From: Gemmatimonadales bacterium
GTDB taxonomy: Bacteria; Gemmatimonadota; Gemmatimonadetes; Gemmatimonadales; GWC2-71-9
Direction: 5' to 3'
Length of the DNA stretch: 64,000 bases
Assembly (NCBI GenBank): GCA_035631315.1
Contig: DASQIZ010000116.1
Location: 21,189 to 85,188, forward strand
Part shown: in pieces, positions 43,707 through 51,636 of the stretch
How positions within the stretch are numbered: the first letter of the stretch is position 1
How the letters are laid out: the number at the start of each line of letters is the position of its first letter
Made by a program: the position numbers and the translations under genes
The notes under the pieces: generated by a model
Told to the model about the DNA's origin: nothing
Database searches by the model: none
What the model saw: only the letters and a program-made list of their open reading frames with translations

Positions 43707-45652
43707 ACTCACCCACGGTGTTCGCCTGGCTCCTGACCTATCTCATCCAGAGCACGGTCCTCCTCGGCGCCGCGTGGCTCGTGACGCGCCGCGGACGGCT
43801 GCAGCCCGCCGCGACCGATCTCCTGTGGAAGGTGGCCCTCGTCGCGCCCCTGATCACCGGTTCGATCCAGTCGGGACTGCAGCTGCGGACGACGACGGCC
43901 GTGCATCTGCCCGCGGCGGTCCAGTCGGCAGCGGTGACGACTCAACCAGGGAACGGACAACCGGAGGCCGCGGCGTCCCCGACGGCGACCACTCCCAACT
44001 CCCTACTCCCATCAGTGACTACTCCCCACTCCCCATTCCCGCCGCTCACGACCCTCGTCGTCTTGTTCTGGGCCATCATCGCCCTCGGGACGTCTCTCTA
44101 CTACGTGGCGCGCCGCCTCATTCTGGTGGGTCGTCTGGCTGATCGCCGGGCCGTCGCGGGCGGACCGCTCTCCGCCATGCTGCTCGACTTGAAGCGTGAA
44201 GTCGGTCTGCAACGGACCGTCCGCCTCACCATGGCCCGGACCATCTCGAGCCCCGTGGCGCTCGGTGTCGGCGAGATCTGCATCCCCGAGCTCGCGCTCT
44301 CCGACCTCACGCCCGACCAGCAGCGCTCCATGCTCGCGCACGAGCTGGCGCACCTCGCCCGCCACGACTCGCTCTGGCTGGCGGCCGCGTCCCTGATTGA
44401 ACGCTTCTTCTTCTTCCAGCCGCTGAACCGCCTCGCGCGCCAGGAGCTCGAGACGACCGCGGAATACCTCTCAGACGAGTGGGCCATGCGAAAGACCGGA
44501 TCGGCAGTTGCGCTCGCGAAGTGTCTCGCCACCGTGGCGGAATGGATCCAGGCCTCCCCGCTCGGCGTCCCCGTCGCCGGGTTTGCCGAGCGGCGGTCGC
44601 TCCTGGTGTCGCGGATCGCGCGGCTCCTCGAGCAGAAACTCCCCGCCAGCCCCGCGTCACGGACCGGATGGATGGCCGCGGCCGCGGTAGGCGTCATGGT
44701 GACCATCGCCGCCGCCCCGCACGTAACCCAGGGCATCGCGACCCAGGACACCACCACGCCGCCGTCGCAGAGCACCGAACGCCGGCAGCTGCAGGACACG
44801 TCCTCCGTGGTCCCCGCGCTGATCGCCCGGCTCAAGGACGATGACGCGGGAGTCCGCCGTGCCGCCGCGCAATCGCTCGGCAGGCTCGGTGACAAGCGCG
44901 CGGTCCAGCCGCTCATCGCGATTCTGGGTGACCCCGAGGCCGAGGTCCGGCGCTCCGTCGTCGAGGCCCTGTCGGATCTCGAGGACCCCGCGGCCATCGG
45001 CCCGATTGCCGGGCTGCTCAAGGACTCGGACACCGACGTCAAGAAGGAAGCGTTGAACGCCCTCGGGCGTTTCGACCAGAAGATCCCCACGGACGGCGTG
45101 GTCTCGCTGCTCGATGACCCAAGCGCCGACGTTCGCCACGAAGCAGTGAACCTGCTCCAGAACGTGCATGACCGCGGCGCGGCCCCGGCGATCGCGAAGC
45201 TGATCCACGATCAGTCGAGTGACGTCCGCGAGGCGGTCATCAACGCCCTCGGCGACCTCGGAGACCAGAGCTCCGCCGGCGCCATCACCGGCGCCCTGAC
45301 CGACGTGTCTGGTGACGTCCGCCAGCAGGCGTTGAACGCACTCGAGAACCTGCACGCGCCGATTGCCGAAGCCACGCTCATCAGCCTGATGAAGGACCCG
45401 AACGCTGATGTTCGCGAAAAGGCCGCCCAGCTGGCCGGCAACCGGTCGGTCGTGGCCGCCATCCCGGCGCTGCGCGCGCTCGTCAGCGATCCGCGGAAGG
45501 ACGTCCGTGAAGCCGCGACCGAGGCGCTCGGCAACATCGCCGATCCCGCGGCGCGGGCCGCGCTGCAGGCTGCGCTCAACTCTCCTGACCCGAACGTGCG
45601 TCGCGCGGCCGCCGAGGCCCTCGGCCAGACGGCCGGGGACCGGAACCAATGA
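43703..45652 (+). CDS. BlaR1-type M56 peptidase signal transducer fused to C-terminal HEAT repeats
   Basis: ATGA overlap with blaI-like stop. Three N-terminal TM, zinc motif MLAHELAHLARHD, a fourth TM (GWMAAAAVGVMVTIAAAP), then about 8 HEAT/PBS-lyase-like repeats (D..VRR.A..ALG.L.D..A...L). Confidence 0.88.
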   Translation: MNSPTVFAWLLTYLIQSTVLLGAAWLVTRRGRLQPAATDLLWKVALVAPLITGSIQSGLQLRTTTAVHLPAAVQSAAVTTQPGNGQPEAAASPTATTPNSLLPSVTTPHSPFPPLTTLVVLFWAIIALGTSLYYVARRLILVGRLADRRAVAGGPLSAMLLDLKREVGLQRTVRLTMARTISSPVALGVGEICIPELALSDLTPDQQRSMLAHELAHLARHDSLWLAAASLIERFFFFQPLNRLARQELETTAEYLSDEWAMRKTGSAVALAKCLATVAEWIQASPLGVPVAGFAERRSLLVSRIARLLEQKLPASPASRTGWMAAAAVGVMVTIAAAPHVTQGIATQDTTTPPSQSTERRQLQDTSSVVPALIARLKDDDAGVRRAAAQSLGRLGDKRAVQPLIAILGDPEAEVRRSVVEALSDLEDPAAIGPIAGLLKDSDTDVKKEALNALGRFDQKIPTDGVVSLLDDPSADVRHEAVNLLQNVHDRGAAPAIAKLIHDQSSDVREAVINALGDLGDQSSAGAITGALTDVSGDVRQQALNALENLHAPIAEATLISLMKDPNADVREKAAQLAGNRSVVAAIPALRALVSDPRKDVREAATEALGNIADPAARAALQAALNSPDPNVRRAAAEALGQTAGDRNQ

Positions 45653-46974
45653 TCCGCGCCGTAAGCGCCATGGCGACGGCCGTTGCCCTCGCCGCCGGCC
45701 TCTCCTTCGGTCCCGCGATCACGCCGGCGCCGGTCTCTCTCTGGGACCATGGGCGCGTGGGTGCGGACTCCGCGCGTGTCGCGTCGTTCCTGACCGCCCT
45801 CGGCCATACCGACCCGGTCGTCTGCCAGATGATCTCGGATCAGATCGGCAATTTCTGGACGTCCGGTGAAGGCGGCCTGGGACGTTTCATGGACGATCCA
45901 AACGCCACGCAAAGCGCCAAGGACTCCCTCTCGGGTAGAGTTTCGGATCCGCGCGCGATTACGCTGCTGATCTCGACACTGAGCACCAACGATCCCTGTG
46001 TGCGACGGATCGCCGCGAAGTTGCTCGGGCGTAGCACGGTGGCGAACGACGCTCTCCGCGGACTGCTCGCGAACTCCTCGTCCCGCATTCGTGAAGCCGT
46101 GGCCTTCGCTGCCGGAGAAGATGGGCGCCGCGAGCTCAAGGGACCCCTCGAGGGGTTGCTCGGGGATTCCGTCGCCGGCCCCGCGGCCATGGCGGCGTGG
46201 GCGCTGGGAGAAATCCAGGACCCGTCGGCCGAAACGGCACTCATTCAGGCCGCCCATTCGAACGCTCCGCGGGTGCGGCTGACCGGCGTGTGGGCACTCG
46301 GTGAGCTCCAGGACGCGAGCGCGGCCAAGGAAGTCGTGCCGATGTTGCGCGACCCCGATGCCGCCCTTCGCGCGACCGCAGCCGAAGCGCTCGGAGAAAT
46401 GAAGAGCGCGCGCACCGGGTCGGCATTGGTCGGGACGTTGACTGACCGCGAAGTGAGTGTCCGGCGGGCCGCGGTCAGAGCCCTCGACGATCTCCGGGAA
46501 CGGTCCGCCATCCCCGCCCTCGAGGGCATGGTCGTAAACGACCCGGATCCGGAAGTCCGGCGCGCTGCCGCTGACGCCCTCGGAGACTTCTCGGCGTCCC
46601 GTTCCCTCGAGCCTCTCACCCGTGCCCTCGCGGACCGAGATCCGGACGTACAACGGGATGCGGCGGAGGCAATCGGCAATCTCGATGACGTGTCGACGGC
46701 ACCGACTGCCCTGGTCCGCGCCTCAGCCTCATCCGATCTGGAGCTCCGCCGCCGTGCGACGCGGACGCTGGGCAAGATCGGCGACCCGTCGACCGTTCAG
46801 GCCCTCGCCGATCGACTGACCGACGACGACAAGGACGTCCGGCGCTCGGCTGTCGAGGCCCTGGGCGAAATGAAAGTGCAGTCGGCGATCCCGTCTCTCA
46901 CGAAAGCCTTGAGCGACCGCGACCCGGAAGTCCGGCGCGCGGCGGCCGAGGCGCTCGGGAAGTCGCGCGAGTAG
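45649..46974 (+). CDS. secreted HEAT-repeat protein
   Basis: ATGA overlap with the upstream gene. N-terminal signal MIRAVSAMATAVALAAGLSFG, then about 9 HEAT-like repeats (DPEVRRAAADALG, DKDVRRSAVEALG, and others). Confidence 0.8.
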   Translation: MIRAVSAMATAVALAAGLSFGPAITPAPVSLWDHGRVGADSARVASFLTALGHTDPVVCQMISDQIGNFWTSGEGGLGRFMDDPNATQSAKDSLSGRVSDPRAITLLISTLSTNDPCVRRIAAKLLGRSTVANDALRGLLANSSSRIREAVAFAAGEDGRRELKGPLEGLLGDSVAGPAAMAAWALGEIQDPSAETALIQAAHSNAPRVRLTGVWALGELQDASAAKEVVPMLRDPDAALRATAAEALGEMKSARTGSALVGTLTDREVSVRRAAVRALDDLRERSAIPALEGMVVNDPDPEVRRAAADALGDFSASRSLEPLTRALADRDPDVQRDAAEAIGNLDDVSTAPTALVRASASSDLELRRRATRTLGKIGDPSTVQALADRLTDDDKDVRRSAVEALGEMKVQSAIPSLTKALSDRDPEVRRAAAEALGKSRE

Positions 46975-46982
46975 ACGTCCGT

Positions 46983-48872
46983 CTAGGCGTTCACCGCCAC
47001 CCGCACCCGCGCGGGAAATTGAGCGCCGGCATCGGGGCTGAGGCCCAGCCCCGATGCTCGTACCTCTCGCAAGGCAGGCAGCCGCAGAAGCTTCGCCAAA
47101 CCCCCGTCTGTGATGTTGTTGCAGGCACTGAAGGTGATCCGTTCCAGCGACTCCATTCCTGACAACAGCTCCGGCGTGCGATCGGTAATCGTCGTGTAGC
47201 TATTGAAGTAGTAGGTAAGGCGGAGGTTGGTGATCTGCTCCGTCGCCCGGTCGGTGGTGTCACGGCAGTACATGAGCACCAGGTGCTCGAGTCCTTCGCA
47301 CTTTCCAATGTGCCGGTATCCTGCGTCCGGGATGTCCATCGGCATCAGCTCTGTCAGCGCCGGAAAGCTGGGCAGGGCTGAAACGCCCGCATCATCCACG
47401 TTGAGACAGCTCACTGAAAGCTTGGAAAGCCTCGGCAGACGGGCCAGCGCCGTGAATCCGCGCCGGCGGAGATTGTGGCATTGACGCCCCCAGATGGCCT
47501 CGAGAGTGCTGCAGGAAGCCAGCGCCTCGAACCCATCGTCTCCTGCTGAGGTGTCCTGGATGCCGAGGAAGCGGAGGCCGGGGATGCGGGCGATGACGGG
47601 CATGGACGAGTCGTCAGCCTCGATGGCCAGCCAGGCCAGCCGGGGCAAGGTCGTGAGCGCTTCGAGTCCGCGGAGCGTGAGGGCCTTCTGGTCGCCTGCC
47701 AGGTTGAACCCCGCCAGGCCGTCGAGGCCCCGCAGGGCGTCGAGCCCGCGATCGGAGAAGGTCCCGTACAGCGTCACCTGATTCGGTTGGGCGCGGTACG
47801 ACGTCAGCCCCGATGCGAACTCCCCACCCAGCCAGGACTTGTAGGCAGGGATTTCGTGCAGGGCCGCGATCCCTGCGTCGGTCGTCAGCACGCCGGTAAC
47901 CAACGTTCGGAACGACTCGATTCCCGAGAGCGCCCTGATGGCCGCGTCGCCCGTGCGAGTCCAGATCAACGTCAAGTCCCGGAGACGCCGACAGCGGGTC
48001 AGATGGGCGACCCCGGCATCCGTCACGCGGGTGGACGCCAGTGACAGCCGTTCGAGGTGTGGCAGCTCCGACAAGACCTCCAGGGTCTGGTCCGTGACCC
48101 CGGTGTCATTCAGATCGAGCGTGGTGAGCGTGGTCATGCCGGCGACGTGTCGAAGTCCCGCGTCGGTGAGAGCTTTCGAGCCAGACAGGTCGAGCGCCGT
48201 AATCCCAGGGACTCTGGCGATGTCAGCCAGGATGCTGTCGGTGATCTGGCCGCCCACGCTGAGCTTCAGAGCCGGCTTTTCGGCGAGACGCCTGATCGCC
48301 TCGTCCCAGTTCTTCGTGACGGCGACGGGGAACTGATCCTCTTCGTCCCCGGGCGGCAGCAGTCTCAAGGCCCGCGGCACGGTACGCGGTCCAGCCGTCT
48401 GCGTATATCGCTCGAGCTCCGCCCAGGTCCGGAATCCGTTTTCCATCGCGATGGCGCGCCGGGCATCGTCCAGCGTGAGCTCGACGTCGTCCCCGTCGTG
48501 CGCCGGCCGTTTGCCGAGGTCGAGCTGGACGTAACTCCGCATCGATTTCCACGCCCGCCGGTGCCAGGTGAGCCGGTAGTGGCGTTCCATCGCTTCGGGC
48601 GTACCCGTGCGGTAGGCCTCGAGCAGCGCCTCGGCCATCTCCTGGTACCGGGCCATCGTCGCGAGCGCGGGGGCCTGTTCCGCCTGACGCTTGAGGTCGG
48701 CCCAACCGGGAAACCCATGCTCCCGCGCAAGCGCGAGTTGGACGTCCCGGAGCGTGGGCGATGTGGGGATGGGCGTGATGACGCGAGCAAAGCGGTCGCG
48801 GGCGACGGGAACACCGGCACGCAGATCGGCGAGCCAGCGCTTCGCCTCTTTCTTGAGGCTTTCGAGGTTCAT
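46983..48872 (-). CDS. cytoplasmic leucine-rich repeat (RNI-like) protein with duplicated N-terminal helical motif
   Basis: ATG 48870-48872 is preceded by GGGAGGAAGG. N-terminus has LKKEAKRWLADLRAG...LALAREHGFPGWADLK and a second copy ...AIAMENGFRTWAELERY. About 14 LRRs follow, of the type L..L.L..T.VTDAG...L. Confidence 0.75.
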   Translation of the reverse strand: MNLESLKKEAKRWLADLRAGVPVARDRFARVITPIPTSPTLRDVQLALAREHGFPGWADLKRQAEQAPALATMARYQEMAEALLEAYRTGTPEAMERHYRLTWHRRAWKSMRSYVQLDLGKRPAHDGDDVELTLDDARRAIAMENGFRTWAELERYTQTAGPRTVPRALRLLPPGDEEDQFPVAVTKNWDEAIRRLAEKPALKLSVGGQITDSILADIARVPGITALDLSGSKALTDAGLRHVAGMTTLTTLDLNDTGVTDQTLEVLSELPHLERLSLASTRVTDAGVAHLTRCRRLRDLTLIWTRTGDAAIRALSGIESFRTLVTGVLTTDAGIAALHEIPAYKSWLGGEFASGLTSYRAQPNQVTLYGTFSDRGLDALRGLDGLAGFNLAGDQKALTLRGLEALTTLPRLAWLAIEADDSSMPVIARIPGLRFLGIQDTSAGDDGFEALASCSTLEAIWGRQCHNLRRRGFTALARLPRLSKLSVSCLNVDDAGVSALPSFPALTELMPMDIPDAGYRHIGKCEGLEHLVLMYCRDTTDRATEQITNLRLTYYFNSYTTITDRTPELLSGMESLERITFSACNNITDGGLAKLLRLPALREVRASGLGLSPDAGAQFPARVRVAVNA

Positions 48873-49059
48873 GGCCTTCCTCCCATACCTGACGTCCGCT
48901 GAGCTCAGGCAGGAAGAAGGAAAGGCGAGCCTGCCGAAGGCTTGGTGTTTCTGGGTGGGAGTATTCCCTTGCCGCGGACCGGAGGCGCCCCAACGCGCGC
49001 TGTCCAAGTGTTGTCAGGCCGGCTGCGGAGGTCAATAGCGGGCGTTACCTTGGCGCCCC

Positions 49060-49482
49060 ATGAATCTCGCCCACATCCTCCTCACCGCCCTCGCGGCCTT
49101 CGTGGCCTACTTCATCTTCGGCGGCGTCGTGTTCATGGGCGTTCCCGCGCTCAAGCGGGAATTCGAGAAGCACTCCGCCCTCTACCGCCCGCATGACGAC
49201 CTCATGAAGGTCATGCCCCTCGGCATGGCGGCCACGTTCGTCGCCATCCTGGTCCTGGTCCACATCTACGTCATGATTCAGGGCCACGGATCGGTCCTGC
49301 AGCGTGGGCTCATCTTCGGCGGGATGATCGGCGTCTTTTTCGATTGTGTCTTCGTGGTTCACAACTACGTCAACTTGAAGGTCAGCGCCAAGCTCTCGAT
49401 CCAACAGGGCGTGGCGTATTTCTTCGAATGGCTGGTGGTCGGGATCGTGATCGCATTGGTGTATGGGAATCAAGGGACCTAG
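49060..49482 (+). CDS. DUF1761-like small membrane protein
   Basis: 140 aa with four hydrophobic helices. The N-terminus MNLAHILLTALAAFVAYFIFGGVVF resembles DUF1761. Confidence 0.6.
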   Translation: MNLAHILLTALAAFVAYFIFGGVVFMGVPALKREFEKHSALYRPHDDLMKVMPLGMAATFVAILVLVHIYVMIQGHGSVLQRGLIFGGMIGVFFDCVFVVHNYVNLKVSAKLSIQQGVAYFFEWLVVGIVIALVYGNQGT

Positions 49483-49500
49483 AGCCCCAGTTGTTAAGAA

Positions 49501-49580
49501 CCCCTGGCTTGCGCCAGGGGTCTGGTACATCACCCGCTGAACCGTCTTGGCCTTACCAAACCCCGGGCGCAAGCCCGGGG
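49501..49580. repeat. REPIN-like double-hairpin repeat, copy B
   Basis: CCCCTGGC-TTGC-GCCAGGGG-TCTGGTAC, 27-nt spacer, CCAAA-CCCCGGGC-GCAA-GCCCGGGG. The right arm is identical to copy A. The left stem carries a compensatory C:G to T:A change. Confidence 0.8.
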
Positions 49581-49602
49581 ATCATCGTATTCGCGGCATG
49601 GG

Positions 49603-50178
49603 CTAGAAGCTGATCCCCGCCAGCAACATGAACGATCTCGTCTTGGAGCTCGACGAACTGGATACCGTCGAAAGCTTGAGGTCGGTCAGGCCGTAGATGT
49701 AACGCCCTTCGACTTCCAGTCCGGGCTTGCCGAGCCGCACGCCGGCGCCGATCACGGCGGCGGTGGTGGTCTTGGGCATGTCGCTCGGGCATGGGTTTGG
49801 TCCCGCACTGCACTTCACCTGAAAGGAGACCTGTGGTCCCGCGTACGCGAACGGCGCAATGCCGGGGGTCGGCAGCGTGAACCTCACGTAGGCGGGGACA
49901 TCGATGTTGTCGATCCGCCGTGCGCTGGTGTCGGTCGAGGAGCCGACGCCACGCTGCGCGTACAAACCTTCGATGCTCACGTTGAGCGGATCGCCGCCGA
50001 AGAGCGAGAGGGCGAGGCCGCCGGCGAAGCCGGTGCGGGTGCTGAGATTTCCGGGGAGCACCCCGCGGTTCGATACATTGCCGAACGAGGCGCCCGCCTT
50101 GAGGGTCATCCCGCTTTGCGCGGCCAACGGCACTGCGCCAAGCGCGAAAGCGGCAAGACCAAGGGTGATCTTATTCAT
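49603..50178 (-). CDS. small outer-membrane beta-barrel protein (OmpW/OMP_b-brl-like)
   Basis: Signal MNKITLGLAAFALGAVPLAAQ. Alternating strands. C-terminal ...FMLLAGISF ends in an aromatic residue. Confidence 0.75.
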   Translation of the reverse strand: MNKITLGLAAFALGAVPLAAQSGMTLKAGASFGNVSNRGVLPGNLSTRTGFAGGLALSLFGGDPLNVSIEGLYAQRGVGSSTDTSARRIDNIDVPAYVRFTLPTPGIAPFAYAGPQVSFQVKCSAGPNPCPSDMPKTTTAAVIGAGVRLGKPGLEVEGRYIYGLTDLKLSTVSSSSSSKTRSFMLLAGISF

Positions 50179-50267
50179 CTATATGGCTCCGGATCAGGGT
50201 CTCCCTGCCCTACCCCCTGCTATCGGAATTGGTGCCCGACGCATGCCCCGAAATGGTGTGATGCTTG

Positions 50268-51476
50268 TCACTGTCCAAAGAGGAAGGTCAGGGGATCCGC
50301 GAGCCTCGCCCGCCACGAAGCCTCGTTGTGCGTGGCGCCAGGATAGGTGCGGATGACGAAGTCCTTGCCCTCAGCAAGTCCCTGGGAGAGGAGCCACTGC
50401 CTCGCCACGGCATACGTCGGTCCGTACGCGGAGTCGAGGCCGAGGGTGCCGCGGTCGAACCAATAGCGCGCGCCCTTGGGAGCCTTGAGTCCGGCGGCGA
50501 TGTCTTTGACGAGGTACGGGGTCGTGTCCGGCGTCGCGTCGCTCGCGCCCGCCCGGAAGACCTGCTTCGCCACGGCCGGCGAAAGCGGGAAGTGCGTGGA
50601 CATGCACGCGCACGCGCCGAACGCTTGGGGGTGATGCGTGACGAGGTAGAAGCCGAGCAGCCCGCCCATTGACGAGCCCATGTGCGCGGTATGCGCCGGA
50701 CCGGTGAGCGTCCGGAACTCGCGGTTCACGCGCGGCATCAGCTCGTCGATCAGGAAGTGCGCGTACTTCGGCGCGTCATGCCACGGCGAGTACTCGGGGA
50801 ACCGCTGCGCCGAGTTCCAGACACCGACGACGATGATCGGCGGAATGATCTTTCGCTGCACGAGATCCATCACGACCGAGTCGACGCCCCAGTCGATCCC
50901 ACCCATGGACAGCCGGGGATCGAAGAGGTTCTGGCCGTCGGACATGTAGAGGACCGGATAGCGGGTGGTCGTGTCCTGGTCGTAGCCTGGCGGAAGCCAG
51001 ATCTCCACGTTGCGCGTTGGTGCGAGATACGCCGACTTTACATCGGTCCAGTAGACCAGGCGGCCGAGCACGCCGGAACCTTTCCAGTCCACGACGTAGT
51101 CGCGCGGATCCTTCTTGAATTGCACGATGTCGTCGACGACGGTCGTGTCACTCGAGACCACGACGCGGTGATTCGGCGGTACGATGGCCGGATTCGTCCC
51201 GACCGCTTCGCGGTCCCACCGCCCTAGTGTGTACTTGTACTCGAAGACGGTGCCTGCGGGCATGGTGAGGCGAATGGTCCGCTCTGTTCCCGACCCGTCC
51301 AACCGCTTGCCGTCAGCGTGCCAGGGTCCGAGCTCGGCGAGGGAGCCGCCGATGTAGACGGGGCCGGTGCCGGCGGGCACGCGCACATGGAGCGACACGG
51401 TGCAGCAGAGGTCTGCGGGGCCGGAGACCCACGCTCCCGCGATGAGCAGAATGGTCGGAACCCATGACCAGCGCAT
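50268..51476 (-). CDS. esterase (PF00756-type alpha/beta hydrolase) with N-terminal CBM20/E-set-like domain
   Basis: ATG 51474-51476 (MRWSWVPTILLIAGAWV). N-domain VYIGGSLAELGPWHADGKRL...MPAGTVFEYKYTLGRW is CBM20-like. Esterase core has YPVLYMSDGQN and MGSSMGGLLGFY. Confidence 0.8.
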   Translation of the reverse strand: MRWSWVPTILLIAGAWVSGPADLCCTVSLHVRVPAGTGPVYIGGSLAELGPWHADGKRLDGSGTERTIRLTMPAGTVFEYKYTLGRWDREAVGTNPAIVPPNHRVVVSSDTTVVDDIVQFKKDPRDYVVDWKGSGVLGRLVYWTDVKSAYLAPTRNVEIWLPPGYDQDTTTRYPVLYMSDGQNLFDPRLSMGGIDWGVDSVVMDLVQRKIIPPIIVVGVWNSAQRFPEYSPWHDAPKYAHFLIDELMPRVNREFRTLTGPAHTAHMGSSMGGLLGFYLVTHHPQAFGACACMSTHFPLSPAVAKQVFRAGASDATPDTTPYLVKDIAAGLKAPKGARYWFDRGTLGLDSAYGPTYAVARQWLLSQGLAEGKDFVIRTYPGATHNEASWRARLADPLTFLFGQ

Positions 51477-51537
51477 CGTCAATCCTTTCTCTAATGGGCG
51501 GTCGCTTACCCCGTTGTTTCACGAACGTTTCATCGGT

Positions 51538-51566
51538 TTGACACCGTGTGACACGCACGTTACATC
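51538..51566 (+). promoter_or_regulatory. candidate sigma-70-like promoter of the susC-like gene
   Basis: TTGACA (51538-51543), 17 nt, TACATC (51561-51566). Same architecture and the same TTGACACCG context as the blaI-like promoter. Confidence 0.4.
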
Positions 51567-51636
51567 ATCCGCGCACTCGAGACCCGGACATAGCCGGGCC
51601 AGAGGCAGAGCCCTTTCGGCTTCGAGGAGACAGGTC

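Noticed and set aside
43703-46974. Periodic DNA-level repetition in the HEAT-repeat genes
   Set aside because: The periodicity reflects protein repeats of about 31 aa that are degenerate at the nucleotide level. It is not a tandem DNA repeat or a CRISPR array.
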